A stretch of DNA of 62,575 bases, counting the filler, from Kipferlia bialata (lineage: Eukaryota), in the NCBI GenBank assembly GCA_003568945.1. It is 5 parts of 5 records of this genome, joined end to end, with 100 filler letters (N's around TTAATTAATTAA, not from the genome) between each part and the next. Parts side by side here need not be neighbours in the genome. Positions count along the whole stretch, not along the records: positions 1 to 14,420 come from BDIP01000818.1; 4 more parts are not named here. One strand, written 5' to 3'. The position numbers and the translations under genes were made by a program. The notes under the pieces were generated by a model. The model searched no databases, was not told where the DNA came from, and worked only from the letters and a program-made list of their open reading frames with translations. Shown here piece by piece: positions 1 to 11,762 of the stretch. Within the stretch, counting starts at the first letter, position 1, and every line of letters begins with the position of its first letter.

Positions 1-3000
1 TCCCCCTCCCTCTCTGTCAAGGTGGGGTCCACCGTGGTGCTCTCCGACACCCTGATCGTGACGCAGCAGATATCAGAGTCTCTGAGCTCCGTTGTGGGTC
101 AGACCCTCTCTGCTACAGGGTTCAGCATTATGGTGTCTCCTGAGGATACATGTGGAACATTCATAGGTGGTATGTCACTCACTGCTGAGGTACACGATGA
201 GGATGGTGCATATGTGGCCAGTGTACCTCTCGTAGAGACTAATGTTATGCTCTATGAGGGTATTGCTACCGTCAGTGTTGAAGGGGTGTACTCTATATCC
301 GTTCCAGTCTGGGGTATTACCCTTACAGGAGAGGGTCATGCCAGTGTATTGATGGCAGAGGGGGATGATGGGATTACCTACTCACCTTCACCAACTCTGT
401 CGGAACCGTACATGGTTGTCTCCAACCCTGTGGCTCTGGGTGGTTCCATGGACGTTGGTCTATCTGTGGTTGACATTGGGGGTTATGTGATACCAGCCAG
501 TCTCGGAGTATCAATGGAGTGGCAGGGAACGGTATATACTGGGTCTGATATAGGATGGGAAGTGTCCTCGGGCACTTACTCAATATCCCTCTCCGCCCCT
601 TCTGATCCCACAGATCTTGGTTACCACGTACTTGCTGTGTACCTGGATGACGATTCAACCCCTTTCATATCCGTTAGTGTCGGAGTGGGAGTTAGTGCTG
701 GGTCCCAGTGGGTTATGGCATCCACCTCTCTGGTCTACGAAGGGTCAGGTTCATCTCCTTTTGCAACATGTGGGCATATGCCATTCACCTTCTCCCTCCT
801 TGGATTTGATGGCTCCTCCTTGGAGACTGACCTCTCTGATGATGTGTCCGTCTATTGGAGTAGTTCAGTGTCTGACCAGGACGCCACACTCTCGTTTGAG
901 AATGGTGTGTATTCAGTCGACACCATTGCCCCTAACGAAGCCAGAGAGCATAGTCTCTGTGTGGCTGTCTCTGGGGTGACTCTCCAAGAGTCTTCGATGT
1001 CTATTGTACAGACAGTATCAGAGGGAAACAGCGACATCAGTAGCGACACGCTGTCTGGTTCTGTGTTCGCTGTACTGTTCTCCCCAAGAGACAATTGTGG
1101 GACATACATCTACGACCTTGAGATATCAGGGGAACTCTTCAGTATGGGGGGTGTATCTATGGGACCTGTGGTGTTTAGAGAGATGAGAATGACATACTCC
1201 CACTTCGCGAGTGTCACTGTACCGGAAGAGGGGCTTTACCGTCTCAGCGTGACTGTAGAAGAGGTGGAGTTCTCTGTCGACTGCTATGCGAGTGACAGGG
1301 TTGTGGAGGTTGATAGTATTCCATACTATCCATCTTCTGCGTACACAGCATCGACGTTGACTGTGGGTAATACCGACTCTTGCATTGCAATAGGAGGTTC
1401 CTATGAAGTCGGGTTCTCACTTGTGGACGTGACTGGAACACTTGTCCCAGAGAGGCTGGATGTGTCCATTGTGTGGGAGGGTGTAGAGTACCCAGAGAGT
1501 ACCATTGAGTGGGACGGGTCCCAGTACACCCTGACTCTCGATGTTCCAGCTACCATTGATGACATCGGTCTCCACTCTCTGGTAGTGTTTCTGGATGGTA
1601 GCACTGAACCCTTCGTCACTGTAGATGTGGTGGCTGCAGTTGAGGCAGGCACTAGCTGGGTATTCGACACATCCCCTCTCCTATACTCCGGATCTGAGTT
1701 ATCTCCGTATAGCACATGTGGCCAAATGGAATTCTCACTTTCGCTACTGGATGGAGATAGCAACGCCGTTGACACCATCTTGGAGGATGGGACAGTTACC
1801 ATGTCCTGGACTGGGACTGGGAGTGACTACCCTTCTGTCAGTGTGTCACAGAGTGGGGACACCCTCACTGCAGTGACCCTAGCACCGTCAGAGGTCGGGA
1901 CCCACTCTCTGTCTCTCTATGTGGGCGCTGTCTTAATGCAGACAGTGTCTGTTGACTTGGCACAGAGGGTATCAAGTAATCAGTCCTCTATATCGGCACC
2001 GGCCTATGTGTACACTGGAGGTAGCTTTGATGTTGACGTTGCTGTCAAGGACTCTTGTGGAGTTAGTGTGATAGGACAGACACTGAGTGTATCAGTTGTA
2101 GATGCTGATTCGGTTCCGGTGGATACTTCTTATCCAGTCGCAGTTACTGACAGTGTTGGTTCTGGTAGCTACACACTCACTGCCTCGGGTATATACCCTG
2201 AAGGTGTCTACAGTGTACATGCCACTGTAGGCGAGACCTCATGGTTCCAGTCGCTCACTGTGGCTGATATCATTGTCACATCGGAGACAAGTGTCACTCA
2301 ATACTCAGTCTCAAGTACTCATTCCTCTGTGGAGTTCGGTCCCACATCTGATAGCGTCAACCACCGGGGTGCACCGTTCACCGCCACCATCATCATTCGA
2401 GAGGTGTCTGGGGCAGTAGTAACTGATGCTCTCAGTGTCACTGCAGGGTTTGGCTCAGATGATGTTCCAGTTGTATTGGACTCTGATGACTATTCCACGT
2501 ATACATACAGCGGCCTAGTGCCCTGTGATGAGGGGACGCACACCTTCAGTGTCCTTGTTAGCGGCATACCTGTACTCTCTGTCAGTGTGACGCCAGAGAG
2601 CCAGTTGTCAGTGAGTCACAGCTCCATCCTCGTAGTAAGTGGAGGGTTGACGACAGATCCTTTACATGTCGTGGTGGGGACTCCTGTGCCCATCTACTTC
2701 ATCCCTCGGGACGCCTGTGGAGCACCTATGGGAGCTGACTTCACGGAGTCGAGTGATGTCAGTATCGTGGTAGAGTCAGAGGAGGGTAACTCAGATACCC
2801 TATCTCTAACTGAGCTATCCTGCAGCTACACCCCTCTGGTGGAAGGGATATATACTGTGAAGGGAGTGGTTGGGGAAGAGTCAGTGGAAGGTCTCACAAT
2901 GTGTGCCAACACCATGTCCGTAGACATCGATGGGGTTGCCACATATGTGAGCACCTCAACTTCTTCTCTCGATGGTATACCATCGCTGGTGGCCTTGGGT

Positions 3001-4548
3001 GACAGCCTTACACTCTCGCTGACTGTATGTGATATACTGGGTGGTGTAGTGTCGGACGAGGCGTTGCCGGTCTCTGTGGCCTGGTCAGGATCAGATGGTG
3101 ATGTATCAGTCACTGCTGGTCCCTCACACTATAGTGTAGAGGTGGATGTACCCTCTGACTCTATGTTGATTGGCGACCAGTCCCTTTCTGTCACTGTTGG
3201 GGATACCCTTCTGATTAGTGACACACTAGTACTGGCAGCTAGGTCTGGTACAGCTGCTGACACCAAGGAGAGTGTATGGGTGGCCTCGGCAGCACTGGAT
3301 GTCCCTGTATCGGCTCAGACGTGTGGACGTATCTCGTATGGCTTATCTCTTCTGGACCCAGATGGAGTCCTCGTGGGATCAGACCTCTCTCAGCAGCTAT
3401 ATGCAACGTGGGGTGTATCTGAGGAAGTGGTAGAGTTTGACTCAGTGTCCAGTTTCCAAGATGGTCTCTACACTGTGGGACTGGATGTTCCTAGCTCAGC
3501 AGGCGTCCACACACTATCCACCCATCTCCGTGATCCCCTCTCCTCCACTGGAGTCAGTGTAGGAATGACTAGTCGTGACGTCAGTGTGACCAGAGCCCTC
3601 AGTGTGACCCAGAGTGGAGTGTCTGTCTCACAGTCAGCTATCCACAACGAGCCAGTCTCCGTCAGTGTCTCAGTCAAGGACGGATGCAACACCGCAATGT
3701 CCGTAGCTGCTGTTACGGTTAGTGTGACAGACCGCGCAACAGACACTGTTCTAGTTCTCGATGGTCTCTCCCAGGCCTCAGGGGTGGACGAGTATGTGAC
3801 GGACCTGTCTCTTCCCACCGGAGAGTATGATATACGAACCACCGTGACTGACGAGTCGGTGCACTTTGCAGTCATATCCCCTCTCTCTGTCACTGATCCT
3901 GTCCCATGGGCACGCATTCTACTAATCTCTTTAGGAGTGGTAGTAGTCTTCCTTGTAGGGTCGGTTCTTTCTGTTTACCGCAAGAGACTGACAACCATGC
4001 TGATGGGCAAGACGGCCACGAAGGCTAAGGGTCGTACCCTCCCGGCTCTGTCGACCAAGGATGGTGGGAAGGAGGGGGCATATGTAAGGGGAGTACTTGC
4101 TCGAAAGGGCAGGCCTCTGGGGAGTACCCTTGGTTCTCGAATCGGTACCGCTGGAAATGTGAAAGTACCATCTGGCAAGCAGCCTATCTTGCACAACGCA
4201 AGTGACACAGCTAACTCCCCAACCACTGGTGTTCCCCCTCTGTCTAAGGGTCTCTCTGCAATGCTGGATGCCCCAAGAAAGGCTGCAACACCGCCAGAGT
4301 CGTCCGGCCACAGCAAGCCATTTACGTTACCTCCCATACCTGTTAATACCTTCACCCGCAAGAGAAGTTCGCTGTCCTTAAAGGACCTTCCGGCTCCCCC
4401 TCCTGTTCTGGACTCAAGGCGCCTGTCCTTCTCCCAAGTCATGCCAAACGGCGTCAGACGACCATCTGAGCCCTTTGCTCTTCCCACATTCTCCGTTACA
4501 ATGCCTTACCTTCACTCGGAGTCGGAATCCTCAGACTCCGATTTGTGA
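1..4548 (+). CDS. Large type-I membrane/surface protein with tandem Ig-like (filamin/Big-like) beta-sandwich repeats; 5'-partial
   Basis: Frame is open from base 1 (SPSLSVKVGSTVVLSDTL resembles the internal repeat QSLSVTVGDTLLISDTL). Recurrent motifs: xxDxCG (SPEDTCG, SPRDNCG, VKDSCG, IPRDACG, VKDGCN) and TCGxxxxxxSL. S/V/T-rich beta pattern. One TM helix (ILLISLGVVVVFLVGSVLSVY, ~3916-3978) followed by RKR and a Pro/Ser-rich tail; stop at 4546-4548. Confidence 0.8.
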   Translation, partial: SPSLSVKVGSTVVLSDTLIVTQQISESLSSVVGQTLSATGFSIMVSPEDTCGTFIGGMSLTAEVHDEDGAYVASVPLVETNVMLYEGIATVSVEGVYSISVPVWGITLTGEGHASVLMAEGDDGITYSPSPTLSEPYMVVSNPVALGGSMDVGLSVVDIGGYVIPASLGVSMEWQGTVYTGSDIGWEVSSGTYSISLSAPSDPTDLGYHVLAVYLDDDSTPFISVSVGVGVSAGSQWVMASTSLVYEGSGSSPFATCGHMPFTFSLLGFDGSSLETDLSDDVSVYWSSSVSDQDATLSFENGVYSVDTIAPNEAREHSLCVAVSGVTLQESSMSIVQTVSEGNSDISSDTLSGSVFAVLFSPRDNCGTYIYDLEISGELFSMGGVSMGPVVFREMRMTYSHFASVTVPEEGLYRLSVTVEEVEFSVDCYASDRVVEVDSIPYYPSSAYTASTLTVGNTDSCIAIGGSYEVGFSLVDVTGTLVPERLDVSIVWEGVEYPESTIEWDGSQYTLTLDVPATIDDIGLHSLVVFLDGSTEPFVTVDVVAAVEAGTSWVFDTSPLLYSGSELSPYSTCGQMEFSLSLLDGDSNAVDTILEDGTVTMSWTGTGSDYPSVSVSQSGDTLTAVTLAPSEVGTHSLSLYVGAVLMQTVSVDLAQRVSSNQSSISAPAYVYTGGSFDVDVAVKDSCGVSVIGQTLSVSVVDADSVPVDTSYPVAVTDSVGSGSYTLTASGIYPEGVYSVHATVGETSWFQSLTVADIIVTSETSVTQYSVSSTHSSVEFGPTSDSVNHRGAPFTATIIIREVSGAVVTDALSVTAGFGSDDVPVVLDSDDYSTYTYSGLVPCDEGTHTFSVLVSGIPVLSVSVTPESQLSVSHSSILVVSGGLTTDPLHVVVGTPVPIYFIPRDACGAPMGADFTESSDVSIVVESEEGNSDTLSLTELSCSYTPLVEGIYTVKGVVGEESVEGLTMCANTMSVDIDGVATYVSTSTSSLDGIPSLVALGDSLTLSLTVCDILGGVVSDEALPVSVAWSGSDGDVSVTAGPSHYSVEVDVPSDSMLIGDQSLSVTVGDTLLISDTLVLAARSGTAADTKESVWVASAALDVPVSAQTCGRISYGLSLLDPDGVLVGSDLSQQLYATWGVSEEVVEFDSVSSFQDGLYTVGLDVPSSAGVHTLSTHLRDPLSSTGVSVGMTSRDVSVTRALSVTQSGVSVSQSAIHNEPVSVSVSVKDGCNTAMSVAAVTVSVTDRATDTVLVLDGLSQASGVDEYVTDLSLPTGEYDIRTTVTDESVHFAVISPLSVTDPVPWARILLISLGVVVVFLVGSVLSVYRKRLTTMLMGKTATKAKGRTLPALSTKDGGKEGAYVRGVLARKGRPLGSTLGSRIGTAGNVKVPSGKQPILHNASDTANSPTTGVPPLSKGLSAMLDAPRKAATPPESSGHSKPFTLPPIPVNTFTRKRSSLSLKDLPAPPPVLDSRRLSFSQVMPNGVRRPSEPFALPTFSVTMPYLHSESESSDSDL

Positions 4549-4677
4549 TTGCAGTATTCCATAGATTTGTATGATACTTAGCAGCAGTCCAAGTCTTCAG
4601 CGTTATGACTCGGTTCTAGAGTCTCGAGTTGATGGAATGCTCATTGTATATTGAGGGTGCGTGTTGTTTCTATATAC

Positions 4678-7600
4678 TTAGAAGTGACTGCCGTTTACAT
4701 GCCCAGTACCGTCTACCTCTGGAGACATATACAACCCATGGTGTACACTGCAACTTTCATGAGGCTCTTCGGAAACACTCCTAATTTCCTCTTCCGCCCA
4801 CTCGTCATACAGCACTGCATTTACTTCTGCGTGTGCTGCTATATCCTTTAGCACAGGGACTAAGTCCGCTCGGTGATCAGGCACACACCTAAGAGTGAGT
4901 CGGTTGTAGATAAGACTGCGTTGACCTCGCACTGATTCAAGTAGTGTATATAGAATGATTACATCTCCACTCACTTCTCTACGAAGGCTGAGAGGTCTTC
5001 ACACATGTGCGTGAGGATGAATCTGTCAACTTTCAACCACTCCACTAGTGCAGTTCGGGATCCAATCACAACCTGAAGAGTCAGACTATCCCCTCTTGTC
5101 AAAGATCTCCTATTTCTCCGAGGATCTGAGGTATCCTGGGAGATACAATATGTATCATACACAATATATGAATAATGTATACTATACATAGTAAATCATC
5201 GTCACAGTGTGATATATAGCTGTCGAATCCTACCCTGTCAGTCAAAAAACACATTCTGTGTTCAATTATCGACATCATGTTCTGTCTTCTCCCGATGCTG
5301 GTTGCTAGGTTGAGGGACACCTCCCACTCTGATGGTGAGTCTCACATGTCATAAGAGCTTTGTACTCATAAGACTACATGACGACTGGATACTGTAGAGT
5401 ACATGCCTTCGCACAAATACCCCTTCCTAAGTATCTTGAGCATGGTACCCAGCAAGAGACGCAAGGTCACACCTGTAGTGGTTGTGGCGCCTGAGTGAGT
5501 TAACAGTGTATTCCTAAGTAGTTGTATTCTCTCGAGATGTTTGGACCTAGGATACTCACCAGGGTCAGAGAGAGTCACAAACGCTTCTCCAACAAGATCG
5601 TACTCTTGCGAGTGACACACGATGCGTGGCCTTGTAAAACCCTGCAGGATGTAAGACTCGGAGCTTCAGTAATAGCGTCGAGAAAATAGAAGCCGTACCA
5701 TGTCGAATCCATGAAAGGTACCAATCATGATGTCTCTGACGAACTCTCGGAAGCAAGGATAGAATCCTCTAATAGGGATGAGCTGGGAGTCAGGACAATG
5801 CTTCCCATAGCAAATACACTCATTATGGTCCTCCATTACCTGGTCCAGAAGTAGAAAGAGAGAACACGAATGCCTAATTGACACATGATCTCCAGGATAC
5901 ATTAGACCTGACCGTCAGTTACTAACAGACTATGCTATTCTCAGAACTGTATATGTTCATCGCTCCAACTCTGGCCATTGCTACATACCTGCTGGGTGGT
6001 TTAGAGCGGCAATAGTAGCGTCGCTCATTGCGATTCTGTCAACATAGGAAAAGAACCCAGCGACTAAAAGAGCCAAAGAAGCACTGTCTCCAAACCAGCT
6101 GCGAGGTTTCCTCTGATTAGTAATGACCCTTCGATGTGGAGAGGCGCCAGATGGGGTCAACCGCAGTTCCATCAAGATACGCCTCAGACGTCGCAATAGA
6201 AACAGACATGCTGTAACCTCTGATGAAGCACTGCCTGCTATAAGGGGCTCTGCAGCCATCAAGATACGTCCCAGGCAGCACTCAGGGATCTCAGACATGA
6301 GGCAGAACTCGCTGGATATTCTCTGCAGTGTCCTTGTGACAGGATACGCACTGCTGTCTGCGAATGCGGTGGAGTCACTGTTCCACTGCAAAAATGCATC
6401 AATATCAGAAAATTTGCCAGCCCCTTCTTCTCTGAACCTGTCGTAGTCATAAAGGCTTGGGATATCAATGTCCCCACAGGGGCAGGGCAAAATAGGCTGA
6501 ATGAAGCTTGTCAGTTAGACGCAACCTCCACAATTGTGCTAAGAGTGAAATGCATTCAACCATTACTATGGTCCACAGATTCCCTTACCTCAGCTGCCAG
6601 AATGTTCCCAACTCATCTGCATTCCCATGGTATATATGGGTGGGAGTGAGCTCATGCAGGCCCAGCTTGATCTGACGGCAGAGGGCCATAGATACATATA
6701 TAACAGCACAATATTGAAAACAGCTAGAAGAGTAAGCTTATATATAGAAAGGGATAGAGTGCATTCATATTGTGAATCACAATATGGTGAGAAAGATAAA
6801 TACGCAAATACCGTACCTGGTACTCGGGAAAAGCACACACTGCAGTGTAGAAGGAAAGGATCTTCTCTTTGTGGGGAAAGTATGCAAAGTGGAATCTTTT
6901 CATCTTGTTGATTGTGACCAACAGACCCGTGTCGAGTTTCCAGATCTTGTAACACCCTGTAGTGGGTGAGCTACGTTGAATCATCCAAAGGATGGTAATG
7001 GCTCTTCAATCCAGTATACAGAATCTATAGGACGAAAAGAAATTGAATACCTTTAACATTGGGATCACCGTGCTTAGTGAACATGGAGTGATCGGTTGGT
7101 GCCATGTATGGAGGGGAATCCATAAGACTCCTGTAGTAAGAGAAGAAAGAGAAAGCTCTGGTCATGAATACATTTGTAGACAGTTAGATGCACCAACCTC
7201 ATGTCCTCCGAACAATACACAGGACCTAACTTCCCGTTAATTAGAGACCTGGCGCAAAGACCAGAAGTGTGGGTGCGCCTGTGGTCAGATGTTATCGTCC
7301 ATAAGGTTACACCATTTTGGTAGTCCCAAGACTAGTAGAGAAGAATCTCAAGTAGCAGAGTACCTGCATGAATAGGTGTTGCAAACCCAATGCACACGTG
7401 GTACAAAGAACGAGTCTTCACTGTCGCGTGTGGCCTCTGGATCCACCATGTAGTGAGGCAGAGGCCGAAGTTCCCATGGCCACTGGATGTCAATCATCAT
7501 TCCACCAGTGGTGAATCACTGTAGAAGTGTACTACACATATATCCACCATGCATCATGACATTCCCAGGCATTAGGTCATATCTTATGGTATGATACTCA

Positions 7601-9961
7601 CCTCAGGGTGTCTAAGCCTGTATTGATAGACACTGCCCATCAGGATAGATGTCCTCATTGACTTGATATCATGCCCATGCATCGATGGACACAGGGAGAC
7701 CACGCCTAGTAGGTTCAGTATCTGCTCGTAGGGGGAGGCCGCAGAGCTCTTGCTCACAAGTCGGGAGCGTACCTAGATTGAGTATCATACGAAGGAGTCG
7801 CCCCAATCAAGTTGATAATTAACTCGTGAAGACAGTGATATAGAGCAGTGAAAGCTGTGACACACGAGTCTTCCTCCAGCATGTCAACTTGACATTGTTA
7901 AGACATACCGTCTCTTGTGATGGAACGTGATGAAAGGCCGAGAACATATTGTCGTCCTGCATCTGGTCATGAGTACCATGCTATCGATAGAATAATCTTT
8001 CTTACATCCACGACTTAGTATCCTCCATACTATGGAGTCCATAGAGTCGCTAGCGGAAGTCAATGGCTCAGGAACCATCATCTATATGTATATATGTATA
8101 TATATACTAAGAGGAGTTATCATCGTACTCACTTGCGGTAAAATACTCTTGACTACCCAGTTCACAGGAATCTCCCACCACCTAGGTAAGACGGCTATAA
8201 ATAACCCGGCAACAGATCTCAGAGCGACTGTCAGCTCCGATACTGGCGCTGCTCCTGCAGATATACATGCGAACATGGCTGTGACTGTAGCCTGGTGCTG
8301 CATCCACTCCTGTCGAAGAAGAGGCTGAGAGTTAGAAGTCAGCAAGTCTCGCACCATAGAACTATCCAACCACGTAGTCTTCATCACATGTGATTGCCGT
8401 ACAATGATATAGGCTCGGAAGAACTGTCGCAACTCCGGTGGACGGACACCAGACCGAAGTGACTCCATAGCGAGGCCGCCAAATCTTCCTGTTCATCAGA
8501 AGCGGCCAAATATTATACACCCGTGTGTATGAAGCCATACCACTCCTATACTGATTGCACCTGAGACCAACACTGCAGGAACATCTCCGTGTTTGTAGAG
8601 ATAGTCCCTCGCTGGGGACCTGAGGTGACTGTGACAACTACTATGTGCATAAAGACTACAATCAGAGTTCTTTGTATCTCTAGTATAATATCAGCACCTG
8701 TCAAGAAACATCAGAGATGACAAACCGGGGAAGGCCCTGACTAGGAACAGGGCTACCCAGGAAGTATACACAGCCATGCTGTGAACTCGAGGTGGGCAGA
8801 CAATAGATATACACACCTGTCATCAGTCGTAAATGACCACATATATATGAGATAGGATATGTGATCGGGTATTGGGTCGGAGATTTGGACCATAGCGGAG
8901 TATGAAGTCTCTTGTAATGAGATTCTCATTACTAATGAGAATATACACATATATTCAGAGAACGTTACCAGTGTGATCAGGCCAAGAACTATCCGAAGAG
9001 CTTCGTGCCTCTCGTTTGACACCACACAGACCTGCAGTTGGAAAGGGATAGAGAAATGAGTAGATCAATATACATATTGATATATGGTGCATACTGTAGC
9101 ACACTATGAGGTATTGTTTGTAGCTCAGACACAAGAAGTAATCAATGCATTTCTCCAGTAAAATACTGTATGCGACATATAGTCTCTGTCGTCATTTCCT
9201 TACCTGCTGTAGCTGTCCATAGACACGATCATAGTTTCTGGGGTTAGCATGTATCCACCGTGTCGCATTGACCTATACTATAGGGTATATCTCACCTACG
9301 GTATGTGTCTTTGAACGCAGAAGTGAGGTGCAGGGCCACAGCAACCGAGAGGCCGGCGCATACCACATATAGTATGACTGTTGCAATGGGGCTTCCACAC
9401 ACACCACATATACATGCGACAACGGATGTGCTGCAATTAGAAACTTACTTCTAAAGCTACACTATACTGGGGACTCCTATTCTCTACTGACTACGTCATT
9501 AACCTGAGACACACGAACTCCGTAATAGAAGTCATACCTGGTTAGCAGGCTCAACGAGAATTTGGCTCTATACCAGGAAGGCGTGTGATGCAACATAGAG
9601 AGGACGTTTCGGTACATCAGAATGCATGGAAAAAGAGACAGTCTTGGGTTCCTGCACTAAGATCCCATTCAGTATGGGTAGTGTCAATGCTATTGGTACA
9701 ATTGTGGGAGCACTGTACCTCTGTATCTTCTGGCCAACCACTAGACACATGGCACTGGTCAGGAAGTACAGATACAATCCGCCTCTGGTAGAGAACATTT
9801 GCGGCTGGAACCCGCTCGCGTGGCCTACAGCTACCTGAGTCAGAAAGAGACTGGCTCAATGTGTCAATTGATGTGCCACAATCGTGTTGTCACACACCTC
9901 TTACACTACCAGGTCTCGTCTGGATCCAATGAAGAGACGATACCTCAGTTTCACGAATCAT
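4678..9961 (-). CDS. Multi-exon membrane protein with a highly degenerate C-terminal class I cyclic nucleotide phosphodiesterase-like domain (pseudo-PDE); 5' end uncertain
   Basis: Spliced exons follow the PDEase_I pattern in order: QWNSDSTAF..YPV, LALLVAGFFSYVDRIAMSDATIAALNHPA (cf. LALLIAALCHDVDHPGxNNxFL...HPLA), VMEDHN (VLENHH), FREFVRDIMIGT, MLKILRKGYLCEEWEVS, KVDRFIL, AEVNAVLY. Hydrophobic exons at ~8800-9430. Confidence 0.55.
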
Positions 9962-10141
9962 TAACACCTCAAATATCTCGGATACTATCACTCTTCACTG
10001 TATAGAAGGTGTCTCCTGGCTGCGGGTTTCTATTCAGATTGTTCCATCATCCCAAAGAAATACAATACGGTATCGAAGTATCAAAGACCTCAAATATAAT
10101 CTTGAAACATATATCTGGCCAGTGCATCTAGACTAGATGAT

Positions 10142-11723
10142 CTAGTGGAATGCGACTCCACTGGGTGCCCTCACCGCCAGTGTGGCAGTGGTCCCAGGCT
10201 CTGCCTCCAGAGAGACAGTATACTTGCCAGAGGGGAAGTCTCCAGTGAACTGCAGTGAGAGAAAAGAGAAATGAAGCCAGTGCCTCTGAGGAGCTATCAG
10301 TACCATTAGTCATACAAAACACACCTGGCAGTATCCGTAGTGGGACATCTTGAACCTGTAGGGCCCCTCAATGATGAGTCTGATACGCTGCCTTCCTGGA
10401 CATAAGGGTATATGCTAATATATATATACTATCTATATGACATACAGGTGAGAGAGACTAGACCAGTACCCACCTGTGTCGGTGTGACATGCAAGGCCAA
10501 ACTCCGTGTTGCCAGAACCAGACAGGAACATGGTGGCATCACGACCAGCTAGGGTGAGGAAAGAGAGGAAGTAAGAGAGAAATTCAGACTAAAGTCTCAG
10601 AGGTATAGGACCCTACCGTGTATGTGCGTGGTGGCCATGTTGTGTCCTGTCCAGTTTGTAGCGTTCCCAATGTGCATCCTGGGAGTGAGAGGCGAGTAAA
10701 TGTATACTCTCCCTATCATTCTGTATTCGTATGTACTTACTTAGTGAGTGGGTCACTGGAGGGTGCCAGGGCCATACTGGGCACAGTTGCTGTCAGGATG
10801 TAGTTCCCTGTCTGGGCCGCCCCGTGAGTACAGGGGACTAGGATGTAGGCAGTGTTGGTGGTGAGCCTGGGGGTCAGCATATACTAGACAATACAACACA
10901 AGAGAAAACCACAAAGTAGTGTCGTGTCTAGGATAAACAGAGTGACCGATACCTGACATTCTGTGTCACGCAGGGTGCGGGTATGAAGGTCGGCTCAGCA
11001 ACAGGGGGGACATCGACATCGCCATGCCTGAGAGGGTGAGGGGCATACTATGAAAATACAAAACTCATATGTACAATATTGTGTCTGTATACACCCACTC
11101 ACTTCTGTCTGACTGCGAAGAGCCTCTGCTTGGAGTGCCTTGGATTGGCCTTCAGGACATAGACCCCTATGGCATGCTGCAGCTCCTCCTTTTTGGTCTG
11201 GTACAGGGCAATGTCAACATGGACCTCTCGCATCAGATTGCTGGCTGGAATCAGTATTGAATACATATACACCAAATTCTACATGAAATAGTCTTTGGTC
11301 ATTGGAAGTATACATGAGGATATATATGTTTCAACAATGAAATGTATACACAATACACTCACATATCATGAATGTGTGCTGCGGGCTGCATGCAAAGCTG
11401 CCCCTTGCCGGACTACCCCCTGCAGTAGAGGGGTTACCACCACTGGCAGGTGCCCACATGGAGTTCTGGGTAGAGACAGTGGTGAAGTAGCTGGGTGATT
11501 GTGGGGGGGGGGGTAAAATGTTTGATTGGATATATATGGGACCAACACATTACTACTGTACGAGAACGTGTCAAAGAGTGGGTAATACCTCTTGAACGCC
11601 TTTGCCTTCAGGAGCATGTGGGATGTGTTGGAGAATGAGCGTATGCAGAACAGTCCCTCATTACCCCTGTCAAAGACTGAGGGGACAACACAGAGCCTGG
11701 TCGCTGGGCCCTTTGCGTGAGAC

Positions 11724-11762
<39 letters not shown>

